Shown piece after piece: positions 56,133 to 64,000 of a stretch of 64,000 nucleotides of DNA. This stretch comes from Eledone cirrhosa (lineage: Eukaryota). How positions within the stretch are numbered: position 1 is the first letter of the stretch; each line of letters begins with the position of its first letter. Both the position numbers and the translations under genes were made by a program. Location of the stretch: the NCBI GenBank assembly GCA_964016885.1, contig OZ024741.1:142104001-142168000 (forward strand). Reading direction: 5' to 3'. The notes below the pieces were generated by a model. The model ran no database searches. It was not told the origin of the DNA and worked only from the letters and a program-made list of their open reading frames with translations.

Positions 56133-57169
56133 GGCACTACAATGTTATTAGCTGTCAGCCGTGAAAGCCGTCATCGTTTATTTCCGTATTACTACCACGC
56201 GTAAATGGAGTTTTCACGCATTTTTTATTTTTTTTATTAAAGCATATCGATGTAAGTGGAGTTACTTAAATGAAAATATTAGAAAACAAATTTAAGTTAT
56301 TTGCAACATGACCCTCCCAAAGTATAACAAATTTAAGTTAATTAGAAAACAAGTCATGGTTATCAAATAAATTGGATTTAATCATTTATATTTTCATAGT
56401 CATGTAGAAAACAAGTCATTTTCACCAACAGTGGAATTACTTGACAGCTAATACCATGAACTTAAATGAATTTTCACCAACAGTGGAGTTACTTCTGACA
56501 GCTAATACCATGAACTATATTTTCATAGTCATGGTTATCAATGTAGAAAACAAGTCGTTTTCACCAACAGTGGAGTTAACTTAAATGAAAATATAGGTGG
56601 CCCTTAAAAGGGCCAAATTGTTAATGGAATTAACCATCGCGTTCTTTCTTCGCTTCCGCTACTACAGCAGATACCATCAATCTCCATGGGACTGTCTCTT
56701 GTCTCCATGTGGACTGTATCCATGCTTTTGAATAAGTTTGGTGAACAAATTTTGTTTTCTAAACATTTCTTCATAAAGCGTTGGTGAAAAAAATTTGATA
56801 ACCATAAATTTGTTTTCTAATTTGGCCCTTTTAAGGGCCACCTATATTTTCATTTAAGTTAACTCCACTGTTGGTGAAAATGACTTGTTTTCTACATTAA
56901 TAACCATGACTATGAAAATATAAATGATTAAATCCAATTTATTTGATAACCATGACTTGTTTTCTAATTTGGCCCTTTTCAGGGCCACCTATATTTTCAT
57001 TTAAGTAACTCCACTTACATCTATATGCTTTAATAAAAAAATAAAAAAAACGCGTGAAAAAAAAATTTCATTTAAGTAACTCCACTTACGCGCGGTAGTA
57101 ATACGGAAATAAACGATATTTTGCTTTCATCGGCTGCTTTCGACTGACAGCTAATAGTGTTGTAGTGCC
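56133..57169. mobile_element. Non-autonomous foldback DNA transposon (Merlin- or Mutator-like) with modular internal repeats
   Basis: Termini GGCACTACA...TGTAGTGCC, imperfect TIRs of about 150 bp, exact 8-bp TSD CTCTATTC at 56125-56132 and 57170-57177. Confidence 0.85.
56599..56986. other. Three orphan histone-type 3' stem-loops: 56599-56614(-), 56824-56839(+), 56971-56986(+)
   Basis: GGCCCTTTTAAGGGCC-ACC twice and GGCCCTTTTCAGGGCC-ACC; no histone ORF upstream. Confidence 0.75.
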
Positions 57170-58050
57170 CTCTATTCCTACTATACGAAATGTAGGTATG
57201 GTTAATGTACCCTAAACACCGTCGTTCTTTTAATACAGGTTAAATTATAAAGAAAGAAAAGATGTTATGATGTTACACTGATGCCGGAGAAAGGATATAT
57301 ATGTATGTGTGTGTGTAGTGCTAATGAATTTGGATTGTTCGTCACAGATAGAAAAGGTTTAAATATGTACTCTGATGGCAATATAAATACTAGTCTTTAG
57401 ATTTGATGGCTAAATGAAAAGTGAAGAGTTAAGATATTCGCTCATTAGTTGATCAATATCCCCGAAAAAATGAGGTGAAAACAATTCACGGTGTAATGTA
57501 AATTTGTGGCAAAATGGAATATTTAATTTAAGGCTATTGTAAGCCTTCCGCTGTAATATGTAGCTTGGTAAATATTAGAGGCTAACGTTAAGGTTCACCT
57601 GAACATGAAATAATTAATACACAATACCATTAAATTAATTCAAATTATGAAATCACTGAATAGGCGGTGACGCTGATAAATGTTTACTCTCACATAAATG
57701 ATACCGGTGACAGTTGGAGCTCCATAAACATAAATTATAATTTAATACATTCAAATTTATAAATTTGTTCCTACAATTAAATCAAATCCAGGGTAAATTA
57801 CAGACAATAAAGTGTAAAACGATACACTATAAATATTTACGTGGATCCCTAAAGTAATTTTTTGTGTTTATTCAGTATAATTAATTAGCAGGTAAAAAGA
57901 AAAATAATTTTGAGGTGGCTAACTATATAAAAACAAAAAGTCTGCAATAAATTTTGTATGATATAGTAATAATTTAACAGACCATCAAACTGACTAATTA
58001 ATTTTCGAGATAAATTAATCTATTAAACCATCAACGGGAAAGTAATGTTT

Positions 58051-58594
<544 letters not shown>

Positions 58595-58614
58595 ATTATC
58601 TTAAGCTTTACAAC

Positions 58615-58630
58615 GGCCCTTTTTAGGGCC
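58615..58630 (+). terminator. Replication-dependent histone 3' stem-loop
   Basis: caac-GGCCCTTTTTAGGGCC-actca 20 nt after the stop; purine-rich aacgaaag about 12 nt downstream. Confidence 0.92.
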
Positions 58631-61488
58631 ACTCACAATCTAACGAAAGTTTTTTTTTATTCTCGTCTCTCACATATGCTCGATTTTTTTTTTTTTTTGT
58701 TTTTTTGTTTTGTAAAATGGCAAAATAAAAATAATAAAAAAAAGGTATTAATGCCAAGTCATAAATTTACGAAAAAAACGTTTACTTATTAATTCTGATT
58801 TCAACGTTAAATTAAAAATCTTTAGTTTGAGGACGTTTCTGAAATAAGCTTATTGTACATGAAAAATTAAAACTACCCCTTTTTACTATTTTGCAAGCAC
58901 CTTGATCGCCATTACAACGATAATCTCCAAATGGACCATTAACGATTAAGAAATATTTCTACTCCATATAATTAGGAGGGAACCCGTGTCTAAATAAAAA
59001 ATAACAAAAAAATATTACTATATGACTGGTGGGTGATGTTTGGAATACGACTTCCTCTAAGTAATAGCTTAACTAGAGCTAATTTAAACGAAAAACTTCA
59101 TATTTTGAAAGACATTTTAAAAAAATCAATTCTTTTACACTAAGGTTTGCGTTCATGAATTTATAAATAACCTCGCACGAATTTTAATTATACATTTGTT
59201 GAATGACGCCTCTACTTTTTTTTTTTTCAAATTTTCTTAGATTTGTTTTCTTATTACATTTCAGCATAAAATCTGACCAACATAAAATTGGAAGGTAGGA
59301 TGAAAAAAAACATGTCTACTACAAACACAAATAGGAAGTATTCAGTAAATGAAAGTATTTAAAAACAACAATCCCAATTTATATATTTGAATATGTATCT
59401 ACAAAATTGTGTTAAAAATATCCATGATGAAACGGCCAGTGGGAGGGGGGCTAAAGTGCTAGCTTTGATAATTGGAAATGCTGCTATGACATAGCTGGAC
59501 ATTAGTGTATATATTAATTCATAGGATAAACCCGAAATTATTTTCATAATTTCGTGGCTTTTTTTTCTTTTTCTATTTGCCATTCCTTGTCAAATCTCAC
59601 TTCCCCTCCAATGGAGCCTCTACGTGGTCTTTCCACATACTAGCAATAGCAGCCAAATCCCCCTCATGTCAACCTAACCCTCCTTTCGGCTATTTCCCAC
59701 GACAAGGAATTGTACGTGGTCACTTTATATGTTACAAACTAACCAAATTTCCCCACCATGTATGATTATCTCCGTATATCGCAGATTACCCAACATACTC
59801 GCGTGAATGTTCGATGAAAATATACATGCCGGAATGTGTGCATATATAAATGATCTTTTAGTTAAGTGCCCCAATTGTTTTTGTTATAGCAGTAATGATA
59901 AACAAAATATCTGCCTAATTGGACCCTGCAATATAGTCTTAGATATGTATATACGGAGGGAAAAAAAAATCGGTGGTCATGGATAGAGAGAACGTCTTTG
60001 TTATTGAGCAGTGTATATACAGAAACTAAGAATATTTACAGAAACTAAGAATATTTCATCACTTCGTTTTTTCATTTTAAAATTTGCTTTCGTTTCAAAT
60101 TCATTAAATAAAATGTTTTTCATTATCACTGCTTGGAAGTAAAGTTCTGTATTCATTTTTAACATAAGAGAATGTACCTCCCGTTGATTTCGGATCAACC
60201 GAACAGCCAACTCGTGAAATTAATATGTAAATGGCCGTGTATTCTAGACACCCATGAATTAAGGGTGCCTCTACGTGGTCACTTGATATGCTAGAAGCAT
60301 CAACCAAATTTCATTCATTACACCCACTCAATCCGATGAGCTTAGTTTCTGTTTACCCAATTTTAAGTTTAGGTCGACTCAAAAGATACTATAGAGTAGG
60401 AAGAATACTGCCCGTTAGAAATAGAAAAATATTTACATGCGTTACGGGCTTGTAGCAGTGCGTAAGGATAGAGGAAATTCAGCAAGATCTTTTTTTTTTT
60501 TTTTAAGTTGCAACATCTCTATTTTTAAAAGCGAGACCTTATCACGGGTTAAAAAATTGGGAAGGTGATATTAGATATGGAATGAAGCATGTGGTGGATC
60601 CCTGAAATGAGTTTTATGCGAGGTAAACAACGAAAATCTGAAATAAAAGCCATCTAAACTGCACATCCAACTGTTTCATTGTTAAAAATGAAGTATTCAT
60701 AGTAATTTATTATAGAAAGAACATTGTTCTGAAGAAAAAGTAAACGAATTATTTATATATATACATACATTAAATATAATTTTATATATATACACACATA
60801 CGTGTACATGGAAAGAAGATACTTATTTTTCTCATAAGCGAATCTGAACGAAGTAACACTGAAATCAGTTTCCTCTTAATGACCCAAGTTAACTAGTTAA
60901 ATGAAATGTGTGAGCTTATTGATAAAACTAATAACGAATACAGCCATTCTTTTTCAATGAGTTTGTCCTTTAAAACATTTCGATATCCGAAATCTAATCG
61001 GTCAGATCTTTCCTGTTTTTTTGTTGTTAGTAACCGCTATCGATAGTGATTCTAGTCTTTGGCTACTATTTCTAACAGCTTCACCAATCACACATGCCTT
61101 TTCCTAATTGAATGCACTAGATATAATTTAATTCGTTTATTTGACAAAATGGTTATAGTAATTGATAATGGCGGGCAAGGTGCTTGCATTAAAAACTGAA
61201 AAAAAAAGAAATTGAAGATATAACGAGGCGTTTTAAACTTTCATAAAATGCTTATCGAAAATTTGGCGTTCCAAAATAGTTCACATCTTAAGAGTATCTT
61301 TTTTTTTTCTTTTACGTATTCGTATGACTTGGCTACAATTTAAATATTTTTAACGCTTTATGAATATTGCTTCGTTTCTTATCGATTAGGTTTTCCAAAT
61401 ACTTTAATGTCGAAAACGGCTGTTTAAACTAAAGAAAAAAATTCGAGCATATATGTGTCAGTAAAGAAACTTTCGTTAGATTGTGAGT

Positions 61489-61504
61489 GGCCCTAAAAAG
61501 GGCC
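61489..61504 (-). terminator. Replication-dependent histone 3' stem-loop, copy 2
   Basis: Reverse complement of 58615-58630. Confidence 0.92.
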
Positions 61505-61524
61505 GTTGTAAAGCTTAAGATAAT

Positions 61525-61995
<471 letters not shown>

Positions 61996-63513
61996 TTATA
62001 TTTATTTCATTTTCGCGCGCACCAGTCCTGTAGTTTTCATTGGATAATCTTATTCTTTTCATCCAATCAAACGTTACTTTCTCGTTAATGGCTTAATAGT
62101 TTGAGGAAATAATCTTATTTATTGATCAAAATAGTTATAATAAAAATATAATATTATAATGCTTGCAGAACTAAAATTTAAACACATATAATAAATACAA
62201 CATAACGTTTAACTAAACACTTGGAAGCAAGCCAAGACGCTCGGAAATTAGTTATTTTGACGGTCTGTTTAATTATTACTAGATCGCACAAAAGTTATTG
62301 CAAACTTTGTTTTTATATAGTTAGCCATCTCAAAATTATTTACTTTAAACACACAAAACATTCCTGTTTGGGTCCATGTAAACATTTATCGTATATAGTT
62401 TCTTACTTCACTTTTTACCTGCTAATTAATTATGCTTAATAAACACAATATGCATTTTACAATAATAACATGTGAAATTAAATTAAAAGAAGTATTATAT
62501 ATTATTTGTCAAATTCCGAATCATTCATTTATGAAAAATTTTTTTTTTTGCATTTTATGAAATATTGATTGCGGAAATATTTTAAATACTCATGTTCAAA
62601 TAATTTATTAATGCACGAAATAGGTGGAGAAAAGATTCGCACAGTTGTTAGCTGTCGAGACACTGCATCCTTTAAGACCTCCATGATTCGCTAACACTAC
62701 ACCTAATGTTCCCCCTCCATACACATACACACATGTATATCATGACTCATACACTATTCACTTCCCTGACATTTGTATATTATTCTATGTACTATACATG
62801 CACCTTTGACGAGTTGTAGTGCACCTGACAACTTTACACAATAATTTCATTATTATCACAATGAGTGCAGGAGTCTTCCCCTAATAATTTTTTATGCAAT
62901 CCGACACATTCCTTCGGGTGATAGCGAAGCTCGGGTGCTAGAATAACTAAGCATCCTCGTGGGCATCTGTTGGATTTGAATCACTGTAGGTTCATAGTAG
63001 ATTTCTCTATATTAAACTAAAAGTAAATTCCGATGAAAATGAAAGCCGAGACGAATATAACGCAACGATATTACGAAGGAAGTGAATGTAAAATAAATAT
63101 ACAAAATAAAAAGTGCTTCAGTCGTGACCATCCTGTCTTTTTAGCCGTTTCTACGACTACATTATCCGAAGTGGCCTTATTTTTTTTCAATGCAGTGGTA
63201 TGAAATTTGGCTGTTATTTCTGTTTGTTCAGGTGATCACGTTAAACGGAATTTTGCTACATTTTAAGCTGTTTCTAAAAATATTTGTGTGCATAGAGGCG
63301 TAGAAACTTAGGAATACAAATGATGTATTTGATGGAGTTAAATTACAGTTCATTTCCAGAGTTTTTGATTAATAAATCGTAGTTCTTGATAAAGAATATA
63401 CAAATTAGACGAAACTAATCACATCTCGAATGCTAATAGTCAAAGGGAGATAATCAACCTTATGCCACATTTAAAACAACTTCAGGAAATTAGCGTAAGG
63501 CAGTAGCAGTAGT

Positions 63514-63790
63514 GGAGGCGTGTGGCCTAGTGGTAAGGGTGTTGGAATTACGATAAAATGTTGTGAGTTCGATTCCTGGACTGGGTTGTGTGTTGTGTTT
63601 TTTTAGCCAAACACTTCAATTCATATTGCTCAACTGAAAATGAGTACCAGCAATACCTGGAAGTTTAACCCTGCGATTGACCGGCGCCCTGTCCAGGGTG
63701 TCTTGTACTCTCAGTCGCTTCACGCCACGGAAACTGGGATAAACACCGGCCTCATGAGCCTCCTGGCGCGAGACAAACTTTATGCTTTTT
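63514..63790 (+). mobile_element. tRNA-derived SINE
   Basis: ggaggcgtgtggcctagtggtaagg (A box), gagttcgattcc (B box), central ggcgccctgtccagggtg domain. Confidence 0.7.
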
Positions 63791-64000
63791 CTAGTAACAG
63801 TATCGGTTTGAACCAGTACGGATTATCTTCAAGGTATATGCCCAGGCAAGATGCTTTTTGGAAGACCGGCGCAGTGAGGGATTAAGGTCTGGCAGGACAG
63901 CAGTCTGGGTCTACAAAATATTTAAAGGGTCTCAAATTAATTAACTTTTCGCTCTCACAAAGGATACGCAAAGGCTCCGATGAAATTTCCAGCTAGTTAG

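Noticed and set aside
56690-56745. Possible decayed histone H4 C-terminus (AMDVVYALK...FGG) in the foldback centre
   Set aside because: Needs several indels to align by eye; not supportable without alignment statistics

Overview
AT-rich, microsatellite- and repeat-dense animal genomic DNA. The repeat types (RTE LINEs with partner SINEs, Penelope-like elements, decayed C2H2 zinc-finger array) suggest a coleoid cephalopod such as an octopod, which is an inference. 1-24.4 kb holds a cluster of about 16 intron-containing tRNA-Ile(UAU) genes and pseudogenes in partly tandem units interleaved with Helitron pieces, a Gypsy remnant and a Penelope-like element (PLE). 24.8-35 kb holds a near full-length PLE with direct pseudo-LTRs and hammerhead motifs, plus hAT, L1/Tx1 and RTE fragments. 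36.5-50.2 kb is a proteasome alpha-3 gene (PSMA4) with 8 coding exons, whose introns carry a mariner, piggyBac-type MITEs, SINEs and a Helitron. 52-57 kb holds an RTE LINE, a C2H2-ZNF pseudogene and a foldback transposon (8-bp TSD) carrying three orphan histone-type 3' stem-loops. 58-62 kb holds two apparently identical, convergent, intronless genes encoding an H3.3-type histone but built like replication-dependent histone genes (CCAAT/E2F/TATA promoter, 3' stem-loop). All calls were made by eye. Boundaries of decayed repeats are approximate.
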